In this document: piece by piece, positions 1 to 13,128 of the stretch
Position numbering within the stretch: the stretch's first letter is position 1
Layout: each line of letters starts with the position of its first letter
NCBI RefSeq assembly: GCF_023055435.1
Contig: NW_025963813.1
Coordinates: 12,710,001-12,774,000 of the forward strand
Length of the DNA stretch: 64,000 nt
Reading direction: 5' to 3'
Source of the DNA: Haliotis rufescens
Taxonomy: Eukaryota
Program-made: the position numbers and the translations under genes
The notes under the pieces: model-generated
Database searches by the model: none
What the model was told of the DNA's origin: nothing
What the model saw: the letters and a program-made list of their open reading frames with translations, nothing else

Positions 1-244
1 ACTGTTAAAAGCGGCGTTAAACCTAACTCACTCACTCACTCATGTTAAAAAACACTCATAATTATCAGCTCAAAGAACTATAGGCTGAAGTTAATCAGTG
101 TGACCCATGTGCCCCTGTCATCTTTGTACTTAATGCATCTGCTGCATGTGACAATAGTCTGGTTCTGGTGTCGCCCGCCATGATATTGCTGAAATATTGC
201 CAAAAGCGGGATAAAACCATACACATTCCCTCAGTAGTGTGAGA

Positions 245-397
245 GGGGCGGTTGGGTAGCCTTGTGGTTGAAGCGTTTTCTCATTGCGCCAAAGGCCCAG
301 GTTTGATTTTCCACAAGTGTACAATGTGTGAAGCCCATTTGTGGTGTCTCTCGCCATGATATTGCTGGAATATTGCATAAAACCATACTCAATCACT
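245..397 (+). mobile_element. tRNA-derived SINE family A (~150 bp)
   Basis: ggggcggttgggtagccttgtggtt A box, B-box-like segment, shared tail and actca repeats. Confidence 0.8.
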
Positions 398-2144
398 CAA
401 TAGTGTCACGTATGTTTTGTCAGCCAACAGCTAATTAAGTTGGTGTTTGTGGTCCGAATGTGTACAGCTTTGCAATCAATAACCAACCAGACTATCATGT
501 GGCTTGTGGATCTGCCATACTGCATAAAAACCATACTCAGTCAGTCACTATGATTCATGGAATGCAAGTGTCCGACCTGCACATTAAACATGAATCTCCA
601 GAACTACTGAGTCAGTGTGAACAGGGCCTTAATTCTTACCAATCTCTTGAGGTTACATTGACCCCATGGTGTAATGCACCACGACCCACCCAGCTGCCAG
701 GATCTGATAGGCATGGGTTTGAATCCAACATTTACCCTTGGTGTGTCAGCACCAAGATGCTTGTGAGCTGCCCTCCAATGTTACAACCTCCCCACCATGA
801 AAAGATACGACTTGGCATTAATCCCTTGACAGTGGTTGGAAGTAATAGTGATACAAGGGCCTTGGAGGTGTTTCTTAATAGATCCTCAGGAACCGGTCAT
901 TTATTATAGGTGGGCTGGGTCAGAGGGAATCAGGGGAGGGTCAACAAAAACTATGACAAGCATAAAAAGTAATACACATTTGGGGAGGGTCTATGATACA
1001 ATATTTTTGCTTTTGCATTGTCTTTTCAGGCAGGTTATCAGGATGAAGGGAGGGTCATCTAAAAATAAGACAAGCATCAGGGGAGGATCTATGTTTTCAG
1101 TACATTAGTCCATCAGAAACGTCTGAAATACACACACCCTCACATCCAACCAACCCCTGTAATAAATGGCCGGTCCAAAAATCTTTCATTTTGATCATGA
1201 GGATGATTACAAGGACTCCTCAACATCCATGCTTCACAAGTGTACTGCAATCATGTTGCAAGAGATAATGTGTATAACTGTATGTGATATAGATAAGGTA
1301 TTCCCGGTGGTCCTTTGGAACTATCTAGACCTGTGCTTCTCTCCTTTGTAAAAATGCTTCAGAACGTTTTTGCTTGAGCTTCTCCAGGCACCTGTTTTAA
1401 CAAGAGTGTTTGGACCAAGTTTAATCAAACTTGCAAGCATTGGGTGAAGACATACTGTTGCTGTCATGTTAAGAATATGCATCCACGTACTTCCCTTTTC
1501 AAGATGACCTGCAAGAGAATAAAACACACAGTCCCTGTAGTCATAATCAGTTTCAATGAGAAATATGTCTATTTATGTTTGAGTCTTACTTTATCAGTTG
1601 GATCAGTGGACTCACAATGCTATGGGAACACTGACATGGGTGTGCTAAATGTCTTCAGTACTGAACTCTGTTGGCTGTGTGCTACTGGTACATGGGCTTT
1701 GTGTGTGAATCATGTGTGTAACTCAGTGTGTATGGCTACATTGTCTCAGGGCAGGTCTATGGTGTGTTACGGTTACAATTTGTAAGAGAGTGTGTGTCTG
1801 TATTGTCAGGCCAGTTAGCCTACAATGTATCAGTGTGTCTTGTGCCAGGGCTGCAAGTGTGTATGGCTGTATTATATCAGGGCTATATGGTTATATTGTG
1901 GTAGGGCAGGGCTAAGATAGGACATTGTGTATGGCTGTGCTTTGTCAAGCTACAATGTTTAAGCGTGTTTGCTGTATTGTGTTGGCACAATGTATCAATA
2001 TAACTATATTGCATCAGTGCTGCAATGTATCATTATGTATGGCAATAATGTTTCAGTGCTATCATATGTCAGTATTTGTGGCTTTGATGTGTAAGAATGA
2101 TTGACTGTATTGTGTCATGGCTGCTGTATGTGTATGTATGACTG

Positions 2145-2714
2145 CAATCTCATTAAAATCAGATCTTAGTTCTCGCTGGGTGCTGAACAAAGATCTGAGG
2201 ACATCCCATTACGGGTCACGTCAGAACGACCTTTCGCGAACCTTGACCAGTCACTGAAATGACTAACAAGAAGTCGACATCAGCCAATTAGAAAGCAGCT
2301 TGGTCGAGCTTTACGGTATTTGTTTCAACCTGACGACTTCCATTTTGACTACGCTTGAAAAATATGTTGACACAGTTCTTTTGAAAACTGAACAAACGGA
2401 CATTCCGCATGTCTAATATATGGTTGCGATTGTATAGCAGTGCTTCCTACTTACTGTGCAACGCCTCCTCTGTTCAAATGTTTATCCCATGAAAGCGAGA
2501 GATAGACGATAATTTTGACAGAATCAGTCATAAGGGCCGTAACTGTCGTTCAGAATAACCCGTTTTAACGTTTTCGAGATTGCATGATTAGAAAACACAT
2601 TCCGACTGTCACTTTCATGATCTAGTAAGCAACGCTTTGATTGACCCGTAATGGGATGTCCTCAGATCTTTGTTTATCGGCAGAGACAACTAAGATCTGA
2701 TTTTAAGGAGATTG
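2145..2714. mobile_element. MITE with ~75-bp TIRs and 9-bp TSD (Mutator-like)
   Basis: caatctcattaaaatcagatcttagtt...cccattacgggtca versus tgacccgtaatgggatg...aagatctgattttaaggagattg; flanks gtatgactg / gtatgacta. Confidence 0.85.
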
Positions 2715-2945
2715 GTATGACTATATTATGTATTATTTTTTGTTTTAAACCGCACTCAGCAATATTCTAGCTACATGACGGCGGTCGGTAAATAATTGAG
2801 GATGGACCAGACAATCTAAAGACTCCATGTGTATGATGTGAGATGAAGGTATGGGTTGAAAGTATGACATCACAGAAGGTATGGATGTTCCTTATTCAAC
2901 TGCTGTGTGTTCTGGTACTAACCAGGTGTGGGGGTGTTATTTCAG

Positions 2946-3055
2946 AGGAGGAGGAGGAGGAAGATGAGGAACAATATAATGATGACAATGTAGATAAGTA
3001 TGAGTTGGATGACACGGCAGACAAGGACACACAGCAGGAGCAACTGGACGTCTGA
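2946..3055 (+). CDS. Probable terminal coding exon of an unidentified upstream gene (acidic tail EEEEEDEEQYNDDNVDKYELDDTADKDTQQEQLDV*)
   Basis: TACTAAC branch point at 2916-2922, tttcag acceptor at 2945, coding-like purine-rich sequence, TGA at 3053-3055, then AT/T-rich UTR-like sequence. Confidence 0.5.
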
Positions 3056-4897
3056 TGTCAGTCGTCTCCCTGCAACAGGTGCTCCCACGCTCACAAGGGA
3101 CACTCTCTCTAGTCTTGCTCTCTCTCTTGTGCATACTCACACTGTCTCAAAAGATTTTTTGATATTTGTGTTACCTTGTGTCTGATTTATTTTGTGTTGT
3201 AAATGATGAGCTTAGGTCTTGATTAAGGTCTTGTCTGATGTATGTTTGGGAAATTCAGTTAGTTTGATTTCAACTGTGTAGTATCCTTTTGAAAATACAG
3301 AATTTATATATCATTTGCAGTTCCCATCCATCTGAAAAAGATAAAAAAAACTTTAGATATTTATGAGTATATTTACCAGTGGATATATTCTTAGTTGATC
3401 GTAAGAATCTTAAAAAATAGTACATATTTAATACAAAAAACTTTTAACCCCGGGAATGTCGGAATTTAGAACAGCTGCGCATTTCAGTGATACTAAATGA
3501 TACTTACATCATTTACATGAACATTCTACATTGATCAGGTCCAGTCATTCTTAGATTCAGGATCTGGATCAGAATTAAGTCTGTTAATATATTAATAATA
3601 TATCATCTTAAGTCATCAGAGGTAACATGGAATTCATGAAGAGAGTGGGTGTCCCAGGTGCAGAGTTACGTCCCTTCATGTGCCAGTATCCTATTCATCC
3701 TGGTTAAGGTCCTTGGTCTGTCGGCACTGTACTCAGGCTTGTGTGTTTCAAGTGACCTGTGCTACGTTGAGCTTTCCTCCCACATGAAGATAACTGAACT
3801 AAACGCCCATAAAGACTCAACCAAAATACATTCAAAGATGTTTTAAACCTAACTCAATTTAGTGGTAACTAATCTCATTCGTGTATTGTCATCTAAACAT
3901 CAGACAAGTCTTAATGAAAACTACTTTTCATTGAAATAGATAAATCAAACACCTTGCAGTGCACATCTTTTTTCCAAAAATGTCACATCTTTTGCTGAGT
4001 GCACAAGAAGCAGTGAGCAGGACAAGAAAGAGAGTGACTTCCTGTTCTCTGACGCATGTTGTAAACATATTGTGCTCTCGCCATGTCTTACTGTTGTCTT
4101 GCAAATAACAGCGTCTCTCTGAGTACTTAACATCTCTACTAACACTGACTAGTTTGTGCTGCTGGGAGCTCCCAACTGTGTAACGGCCATTACTCAAGGG
4201 ACTGTCTCAACAGTTCAGTCAACTGCAAGATTAAGCAGAATTAAATGCATTTTTACCACCCACCTCATAAATGTGGTGAATAGCGAGATAGTCATTCACT
4301 GTTTAAGAACTATACAGTTCACCATTTTGACAGAAATATAACTGTACATTTCATCACAAAGAGCTCCTTTACTTGTATCCACAGTTTGGCCTCATTGTCA
4401 TTCATAAACATTTCATATTTAATTTTAGTATTTAACTGGTTTTGCTGCAAACCCAAGATGTGTAGTATCACATTATTGTCTAAGCATATACTGTCACCGT
4501 GATATATATTCAAGGAACTTAGAAATGGTTATGTTAATCAAGAAACCTCATTCAATAGGGAAGTGCTGGGATAACATTAAAGTATTATTTAAAGACCTAA
4601 ACAAATAAGATTCACAGTAAAAGAGACTCATTCATTAATGAATATATGTCTGGCTGTTGACTGTGGACTTTTGGGACGATCCCCATGTATAACTTGGTTA
4701 AGCTTTTGGACCATAGTGTTGTGAGTTATTTGTGCTGTCCATAATTATTTTTTGAGTTCATATGTTTTTATTGTAGATGCTGCTAGGCATGTATGTTGTG
4801 TTTCGTCGCAATTCACGGATCATTTACAAACCATAATTCATTGGTTTAAATAGCCTGATGAATCTGATAAGATTTCAAGGTGTTGATGTACTTTTGA

Positions 4898-5148
4898 TTG
4901 GTTGGTTGGTTTGTTGTTTAACGCCGCACTCAGCAATATTCCAGCTAAATGACGGCGGTCTGTAAATAATCGAATCTGGACCAGACAATCCAGTGATTAA
5001 TATCATGAACATCGATCCACGCAATTGGGATCGATGACCTTGCATCAACCAAGTCAGCGAGCCTGACCACCCGATCCCGTTAGTCGCCTTTTACGACAAG
5101 CATAGTCGCCTTTTACGGCAAGCATTCTACCCCGGATCTTCGCGGTTC
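4898..5148 (-). mobile_element. SINE-like family C (non-tRNA head)
   Basis: TSD tgatgtacttttga; (aacc/aaac)n tail. Confidence 0.88.
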
Positions 5149-5214
5149 TGATGTACTTTTGAAGCCTTCAAGCAATATCAAATCGCCACTTCAGCTGTTT
5201 TCATTGGCAAAATG

Positions 5215-5483
5215 GACTCGTGAAGATCCGGTGTAGAACAGGTCTTCAGCAACCCATGCTTGCCGTAAAAGGCGACAATGCTTGTCGTAAGAGGTGACTA
5301 ATGGGATCGGGTGGTCAGGCTCGCTGACTTGTTTGATGCATGTCATCGGGTCCGCATTACGTGGATCTATGCTCATGATGACAATCACTGGATTGTCTGG
5401 TCCAGATTCGATTATTTACAGACCGCCATCATATAGCTGGAATATTGCTGAGTGCGGCGTTAAACAACAAACAAACAAACAAA
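5215..5483 (+). mobile_element. SINE-like family C
   Basis: TSD cattggcaaaatg; (aaac)n tail. Confidence 0.9.
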
Positions 5484-5717
5484 CATTGGCAAAATGAGCA
5501 TTGGTGTACCTGCAGTTAGCAGAACAGTTGTTTTCCCTAGCTCACAGGATCCACGAGGTGTTGGTTCAAATCCTAGATTTGCTTCAGTTTTCATCTTTGA
5601 GGTAAAACACCTGTGTCACTTTGAGCAGAAGTCCCACATTAAGCAAACCTGCAGTGATACAACTGAAATACCCTCAAGAGGGATGTTCTATGCACCACTT
5701 AAGGCGGTCTTGTCATA

Positions 5718-5997
5718 GGGGTCACGGGTGGCCCAGTCGTCAAAGGCGCTGCAATTCTCTGTGCAGAGTTACGTCCCTTGTGCACACCAACCACCTATGA
5801 TAGTGGGTTTGAATCCCAGTTAGCCTGATTATGTTTCTAGCTTTGTCAGCACCATATCTGTGCTCGTGGGTTTCACCGAAGTGGTAAACGTCTTAGACCT
5901 GCATCACTTCGGACTTTCATCCCACATTAAGCTGGCACGCTGTGATATAACTGGAATAATGTTAAAAGCATCGTAAAACCAAACTCAAACACACACA
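5718..5997 (+). mobile_element. tRNA-derived SINE family B (~280 bp)
   Basis: gggtcacgggtggcccagtcgtc head, gggtttgaatccc B box, TSD cggtcttgtcata. Confidence 0.88.
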
Positions 5998-6350
5998 CGG
6001 TCTTGTCATACCCTGTCACCATACCAAGTCAGGGGGCACAGTTGGCCAAGTCTCTAAGGCACTGCATTCCTTGCTCATCTGTTTCTAGGTTTGTCAGCAC
6101 CATACACAAGCTCATGGGTTTCACCAAGGCAGCAGTTGCCAAAGAGTCTTAGGCTAAGACCTTCATCACTTGTATTTTTCTGACAAACCGTGATATTACT
6201 AAAAGCAGGGTTTTGCAAAACTCACTCATTCACTCCCTGTCATCATATCATACCCGAGAAGTATGTTAAGTCTTTACATGCCCATGTGATGTAGCCATTA
6301 TATACTTCAACTTTGACCTTATGGATAAAGCATTTTCTCATCATGCCTAA

Positions 6351-6504
6351 GGGGCGGTCGGGTAGCCTAGTGGCTCATCACGCTGACGACCTGGGTTAGA
6401 TTCCCGACATGGGTACAATGTGTGAAGCCCATTTCCGGTGTCCCCCGCCGTGATATTGCTGGAATATTGCTAAAAGCGGCGTAAAACCATACTCACTCAC
6501 TCAC
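6351..6504 (+). mobile_element. SINE family A with TSD ctcatcatgcctaa
   Basis: Family consensus; 14-bp direct repeats flank it. Confidence 0.9.
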
Positions 6505-7028
6505 TCATCATGCCTAAGATCTAGAGTCAGTTCCCCTGATGGTTACAGAACAGTGTGTGGAACCTATTTGTGGTGCACTCTTTCATGACTTGGCTAGAAT
6601 GTAGTTGAAAACATCACAGAATTAACCCAACACACTGATACATGAAAGTTATCCCAAGCACCAGTTCCACTGATGAACAATAGATACCAAGAGGAGACAT
6701 GACATGTTTTTGTCAACATGTTTTCTACCATTAAATTCATCTATACCAGATCCAAGGAAGACATGAAATATGGTTACTTTCTGTGTGAAATGGAAAACGC
6801 CAGTCCTGTGAAGTCATACCACAATAAAGCATGGGTTGCCTGGTGGTCTGAGGGTGTGCAGAGAGCAGAGTTGCTTCCCTCAGTTAGCTGCCTAGATTTA
6901 TGATGTATGATGGTCATTTGGTTTGTCAACACCAACCATGCTTGTGGGTTTCTAAGAACTGCATCCGTTTTGGCTTCATCATACACCTAAATGCTTTGAT
7001 TGGACCAACATCCTTTCCAAAGTATGCT

Positions 7029-7305
7029 GGGGGCACGGGTGGCCCAGTTGTCTAAGGCGCTGCGATTCGCTGTGCAGAATTGCGTCCCTTGGCCACGCCA
7101 GAAACCTATGATTGTGGGTTCGAATCCCGGTTCGCTCCGATTATGTTTCTAGGTTTGTCAGCACCATACCCGTGCTCGTGGCTTTTGCCGAAGTGGTAAA
7201 CGTCTGAGACCTGCATCACTTCGGGCTTTCCTCCCACATTAAGCTGACACGACGCGATATAACTGGAATAGTGTTAAAAGCGCCGTTAAACCCAACTCAC
7301 TCACT
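7029..7305 (+). mobile_element. SINE family B
   Basis: Near-consensus; TSD tccaaagtatgct. Confidence 0.9.
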
Positions 7306-9195
7306 CCTCCAAAGTATGCTCAACCAAACCCATGATAAAACAATGAAACCCAAACCCACCATCAACTTGGTGCAGTGCTGCAAGCTAAGATGCATGTCAT
7401 GTGACTTCACTCTTCTTGTGGAAGAAGACCTCTTAACTCGGGTGCATTGTGTTAATAAAGAAATTGTTTTAATCATTCCAAAATGACCTTCTTAGCACAG
7501 AGAAATACACCTATGACAAGACAGACAATGATCTATTTCTCACACGTGGGGGACCAGTTCAAAGGATTGATGTCGGATAAAACGTTTTCGGGTTAATGGC
7601 GCTGCAAGTTTTCAATCCAATAAAATCAACTCACCTGATTTGTAGAGAAAGTAATTGTTTCCTCTGATCCTATTTTTGTCACGAGATTGTTATCAGAATT
7701 TGTTCTCTCCAGCATATGTTTGTCATTCTTCATGACAGTGTGTTTTGGAGTATTACAAGGAATTCAACATTTTCAAAATTAACATTTTTAGAGGGTTGGG
7801 GTTATTTATCAAAACATAAGGAAATAACTTTTTTAGCCTACATTGAACTTTTGAAATGGTCCCAAGCTCTGTGTAGATTCCAGTTTGGAATAAGCATAAG
7901 TCCAAAGCAACACTATTGTCATAAGAGGCTGACAGTCTTGACTCGGTGACAAAAGGGGTTGTAAATTGTCATATCATCCCCGTTGGATATCGCTAATAAT
8001 ATTAGGCACAGGTCTCTTTCGCTCAACTTACCCATGGGATTCTGTGGATATAAATACCCATCTTTCTCGCAGCATTTTACCAAGGAAGCATTGAACTTCA
8101 TTATACACAAAGGAACAGAAAGTGGTATTTTAATGACATATATTTAACTTTGGGATATATATAGCATCAATGTATTTATTGCATGTGCAGCCCTGGAGAC
8201 AATATACTCTGTCGATATATCTTCATTTATCACCTGCATTTTTTCTTCGTCGACTGGATCAATGTTATTTCCTTTTTAACTGAGGACAATATTAAAATGA
8301 AATTAAGCTTTTAGGACTGATGGATTTTTGATATTCTGAGCAAAAAGCTTTTGTCAACAAATAACAAAATCCATAGCTTTTCTGCTCTGTCTAAGGTTCC
8401 CTGAGTTTGTTATCAAACAAATAATAATTATTTTATTTTTTAAACAATCACATAATGCAGAAAACAGTTGGGAAGAGTCTTGATCCAGTCTACCGCAAGA
8501 TAAAACGCAGCAATGCCTACCTTGTAATCATTGTCACTTGCTGCAGTTTAGTTCCGTGTCACTGTTTGTTAGTTGTTAGGAACATGTTAAGTTTATAGAA
8601 TTAGATGTTTTGATTGGTTTGAGATTTAGTTGTGATAGATGAGAACATATGATGTTGCTGTGTGTTTGTGAATCGTACATACTCACAACTGATCATGCAC
8701 CCGACCCCTGTACCCTATTGACTGGTATTTACTCTTGTGCCAAGTACACCGTCTACACCAGCTTTCACATTTAACACATTGGTTTTAATTTGATTTGTGT
8801 CAAAGTAGTGTCAGTATGTATTTTTTTATAGTTCTTTTTTTCTAATATGATTGCTGTTTAAAGTTTTATAAATAGTGTATAAATGTGTATTTTTTATATG
8901 TAAAAATATTATTTTTTTGGTGTAGATAGCATTTTGAGTATTGTAAGTATATGTTGTTTTTTATCATTTAAAAACAATTGGATTTCTGTTGAAAGTTTTA
9001 TAAATTGTGTAAATATGTACCTCCTTTATAGTATTTTTCACTTAGAATTTATCTTTTTATTTATTTGGGGGATTTCATGACCTCTTGCTTGTTGTAACAA
9101 CCAACTAAAACAGGGATCTGTGGTCAGATTCTGTGACTGATAACATGACATTGTACCATGTTGGTGTGGCGCTCAGTGCTTTTCTTTAATGACAA

Positions 9196-9367
9196 GGGGC
9201 GCAGTCGGGTAGCCTTGTGGTTAAAGCGTTGGCTCGTCACGCTGAGGACCCGGGTTCGATTCCCGACATGGGTACAATGTGTGAAGCCCATTTCTTGTGT
9301 CCCCCACCGTGATATTGCTGGAATATTGCTTAAAGCAGCGTAAAACCATACTCACTCACTCACTCAC
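9196..9367 (+). mobile_element. SINE family A
   Basis: A/B boxes (ggttcgattccc), (actc)n tail, TSD ttt(a/c)atgacaa. Confidence 0.9.
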
Positions 9368-9714
9368 TTTCATGACAAGTTGTCCTGGTCCTGACTCGAT
9401 TATTGGCAGTGATATGGCTGGAATATTGCTGACTGCAGTGTAAACACTCTTAGTAGCATTTGCTCTTCCTCTGGTAAAGCAAAGAAATAAAAAATAAATA
9501 TCTTTACATTAACAACTGTCTCAAATACACCAGTCACAGTTCTGGCAGATTTTAGCGTGCTACTTTGTCCTAATTTTGTCACGATCTTCTTAGCAAAATT
9601 ATAATTTCACAATTTCAAATTTGATTTTCAGGAAGAAGAAAAGAGGCTCCAATGCCCCACGCCGATATGTAAATCCATTGGCAGCCTTGTGGAATCTGTT
9701 GACAGACATATTGG

Positions 9715-9790
9715 ATTTGGAGGCGGACATTTTGGTCTTGGAGGCGGACATTTTGGTCTTGGAGGCGGACATTTTGGTCTTGGAGGCAGC
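9715..9790. repeat. 21-bp tandem repeat x3
   Basis: ttggaggcggacattttggtc. Confidence 0.9.
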
Positions 9791-11957
9791 CATTTTAGAT
9801 ATGCTGGTAGATATCGTGGATGTTTGTTGGCCATTTCATAGCTGGGGAGATGTGGTGGCGTGTTGACAGAGGTTGATTCCATTTTCTCAGGTTGTTTTGA
9901 AGAGATTTGTTACATTACTGACTTGTACGCTGCCACGTTTAGAAGATCTGTCAACACCTATGAGTGTGCATTGTTGATGTACAAATGCCCATGTTAATAT
10001 GCACTGTATTATCTCAGTGGGAAAATGGTTTATCATGTTGGAAGCTTTGACCAAAAGCATATTGGGAATTAATAGACCCATATGAGTATCTAATTGTGAT
10101 TAACTGTTTGGGAAATAGTTTTTTGTGGGATTGGTGTTTCAGGTGATAATAGATGATTAAGATAAAATGGTGGGTTTTGTTGCTGGAGTATGTAGTCAAC
10201 CTTTTGTAAGATATGTTTTGATGTACACAATGTGGTGAAAGTAACATTCTCTGAGGCTTTTATCAATTTAGTTACCATGGTTACAACTTATTTTCCCAAA
10301 CCGTCCAATCATTAGTTCAGAAAATAAGTACAGATGTAATGCTGCCTTTCTGTTTTCTTAACATGATTAAAATATGTTAGTAGGGGTGAAGTGAATCAAT
10401 TGGTTAACAGACCTCTTGTTAAAATAAAACTCTTTGCCTTTCAAGATAATTAATCATTGTTAATGAATCTCAGAACTTGGAATGAATTATGAGGTATGTG
10501 ACAATTGTGTAAATATACTTACATCCAGGAAATAATACTTATCTAATTGGTCACAGATGTTTGACATTCCTTTGACATTAATTGTACGTTGGTAAAAGCT
10601 GAAGTGTCAAATATATTTGCATTTCCAGAACGATTCATTTATATTAGTTTGTTCCAAGTTTGGAAACATCATTAATGTGAAACATGTGAGGAGGTATCCA
10701 ATTGTAAGAGGATTAATAAGCGAGTCTTTCATCTCATACATGTTGCCAATTGTTATATATCTTTTTGAGACAAATGACATCAATGTGATGCATGCAAATC
10801 TGTACACTACTTAATTCATCAACGTGCTTGGTTCTTGTCAGTGTATTGCTTCGGTATATGCTGATCATTATCAGTTAATATAACCAACTATTTCACTTTT
10901 TGCACCTGGAATCGTGGAAGACAAACTGGGTACCAGCCAATTATTACTGGGCGGATGGGTCTTCAGTACAAAAATGTATTGATATCTCCAATATATTGTC
11001 TTTTTTTCTGAACCTTCCTGAAATTCTAGTTTCTTTTTCCTGTTCCTCTCTAAAAGTTCAATGGTCTGTCTGTCTTACTTCAGAGTTTGTGAGTGAACAA
11101 AGAACAATGAAGAAGCTCAGTAAAGAAATAACTGTCCATTTTATTGTGAAAACAATTCAATTTTATTTTGATGACCTTCATCTTACAGAGACCTTACAGA
11201 ATAAATTAAAAAATTAATCCAGGTGAGGTCTTGAATGATTTGGCAAGTCTAGATTTCTTCAGCTTTGAAATTATACTTTGTTCTGGGATTTTATTTTGTA
11301 ATTTGTTGATATATAAGTTTAAATAACTTTATTTCTAGAACTAAGGTTTTTTGTTCATTTGACATCAAGGTCTTGAATTTTTATCAGTAATCTTTGGGAA
11401 ACGGAAACATTTGTCTGTGTAATTAAGGTACACCTGGTGTCGTCACTGAATTTCAGCGAAACAATTATATAAGTTTCACCTCTATTTTGTCTGTTATGCC
11501 CAGTGGCATCTGTTTTGGTGGATATTCTCTGTTTTTTAGTGCCCCTCCTCTGCCGGGTGCAAAAACGTGAAATGGTAACATTACAGGTCACCAGTTAATA
11601 ATTCTGACTTTTATCTATGTGTTCAAATAAAACCATGTCAACTGCATATGTGAGGACTAATGCTTGTCATTAATCAGAATAACTTTGCACCACATGGCGT
11701 ACATAAACACAGGATGACTGAGATATTTGCTGTAATTTATTTGTTTTGGAGTATTTGACAAGCACCCTGAAGCACTTTTGTACAGATTTTACATGAGCAC
11801 CTGAGGTCCTTTTGGAAAATTGATTTTTCTATCGTACATCAGCATGATTTGGATGATCGTCATGAATTTCTGTTAACCTCAGTCATATATTCATTTCTTC
11901 TACAGACAGACTTATGAAGTGGAAATACTTTGAAATAACATTGTTATTCGATATGTA

Positions 11958-12290
11958 CCGTATTCAACGTTACAAGCGCCCAGGGCGATCTCAAAATTAG
12001 AAATAGGGGGCGCTTATTAGAATATTATTTTGAGTTGAAAGATCGTAAATTTCGTGGTTTAAGCTAACAGCCTGAAATGTTTACATACGACAGATATATC
12101 TTTCAAGAATTTAATTACCCATAATTAAGGGTGATATAACACACAAGTGCGTATTATACACGAATAAATAAGTATTGTGTACATTGATCAATCAGAAGGG
12201 GTGCTGATTGGGATTGTTCACTAGCCAATACATTAGCAAATATCGCCGTGGGCGCTTATTAGAGCGGGGCGCTTATTACGTCGAATACGG
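11958..12290. mobile_element. Tc1/mariner-pogo-type MITE (TA TSD); related copies at 37015-37370, 51587-51962 and 16712-17015
   Basis: ta|ccgtattcaacgttacaagcgccc ... gggcgcttattacgtcgaatacgg|ta. Confidence 0.85.
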
Positions 12291-12967
12291 TAATTATAAA
12301 ATTCCTCTCCTCTCTCAATCTAAAAATTCTTTCCATGTTTTCTGTGATCAGTGCTTGAGACCTGCATCAGTTTTGGGCTTTACTCTCATACTAAGCTGAC
12401 AGCTGAAAAGTGGAATACTGTTCAAAGAAGCTAATCTCTGTTTTGCCTCATGCTTGTCTGTTCTCAAATCATTATTAATAGATTATTACTCAGGCTAACA
12501 ATCAAAATAATATTTGTTTTATCTTATTTTTAAAAGTACATGTATATAATAGGTTTTCATGTCAGTTTGCAGTTATGTAGTAAATTAGACATTTATTTTT
12601 CCTGTTTCAAATATAAAAACTTGTTCTTTCATGAGCGTCTTAAGCACTGGATACTGCTGATAATGTAGCTTGAGATGTTGTTCATCACGTACTACTTTCA
12701 TTGGGCTCTTGTTATTGTACTTGTATACCAAAAGCAATGGTAGAAATCAATCAAAAATGTTTACAATTGATACTGGCATGTACAGTCCAACCAAGAACAC
12801 CTGATCAAAGTGAGATGTTATAATAGCACTATCAAAAAGAAGATAAGTCAAGACAAACTGACTCAAGCTTGTGTGCTACCTGAAAAGTGATATCATTGAG
12901 GACACCCCTTAAAAGTAAAGGGCCTGAAAAACTCAGGTTAGCTTGGGTTAGTACCTATAGTTTCTAT

Positions 12968-13128
12968 GGGCGGTCGGGTAGCCTAGTGGTTAAAGCGTTC
13001 GGTCGTCACGCCAAAGACCCGGGTTCGATTCCCGACATGGGTACAATGTGTGAAGCCCATTTCTGGTGTCCCCCGCCGTGATATTGCTGGAATATTGCTA
13101 AAAGCGGCGTAAAACCATACTCACTCAC
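12968..13128 (+). mobile_element. SINE family A with TSD ctatagtttctat
   Basis: Near-consensus copy flanked by direct repeats. Confidence 0.9.

Noticed and set aside
460-1108. 149-aa and 90-aa ORFs at the window start
   Set aside because: They overlap degraded SINE B and imperfect direct repeats; no domain similarity.
2926-2945. Alternative acceptor accag at 2925 for the acidic exon
   Set aside because: Only 3 nt from the TACTAAC branch motif; the AG at 2945 has normal spacing.
9599-9882. ORFs with ASKTKMS / LEADILV / PPRPKC repeats
   Set aside because: All frames derive from a 21-bp triple repeat; no recognisable protein.
12968-13045. tRNA gene calls for SINE heads
   Set aside because: A/B boxes run into SINE body, tail and TSD; no intact acceptor stem or terminator.
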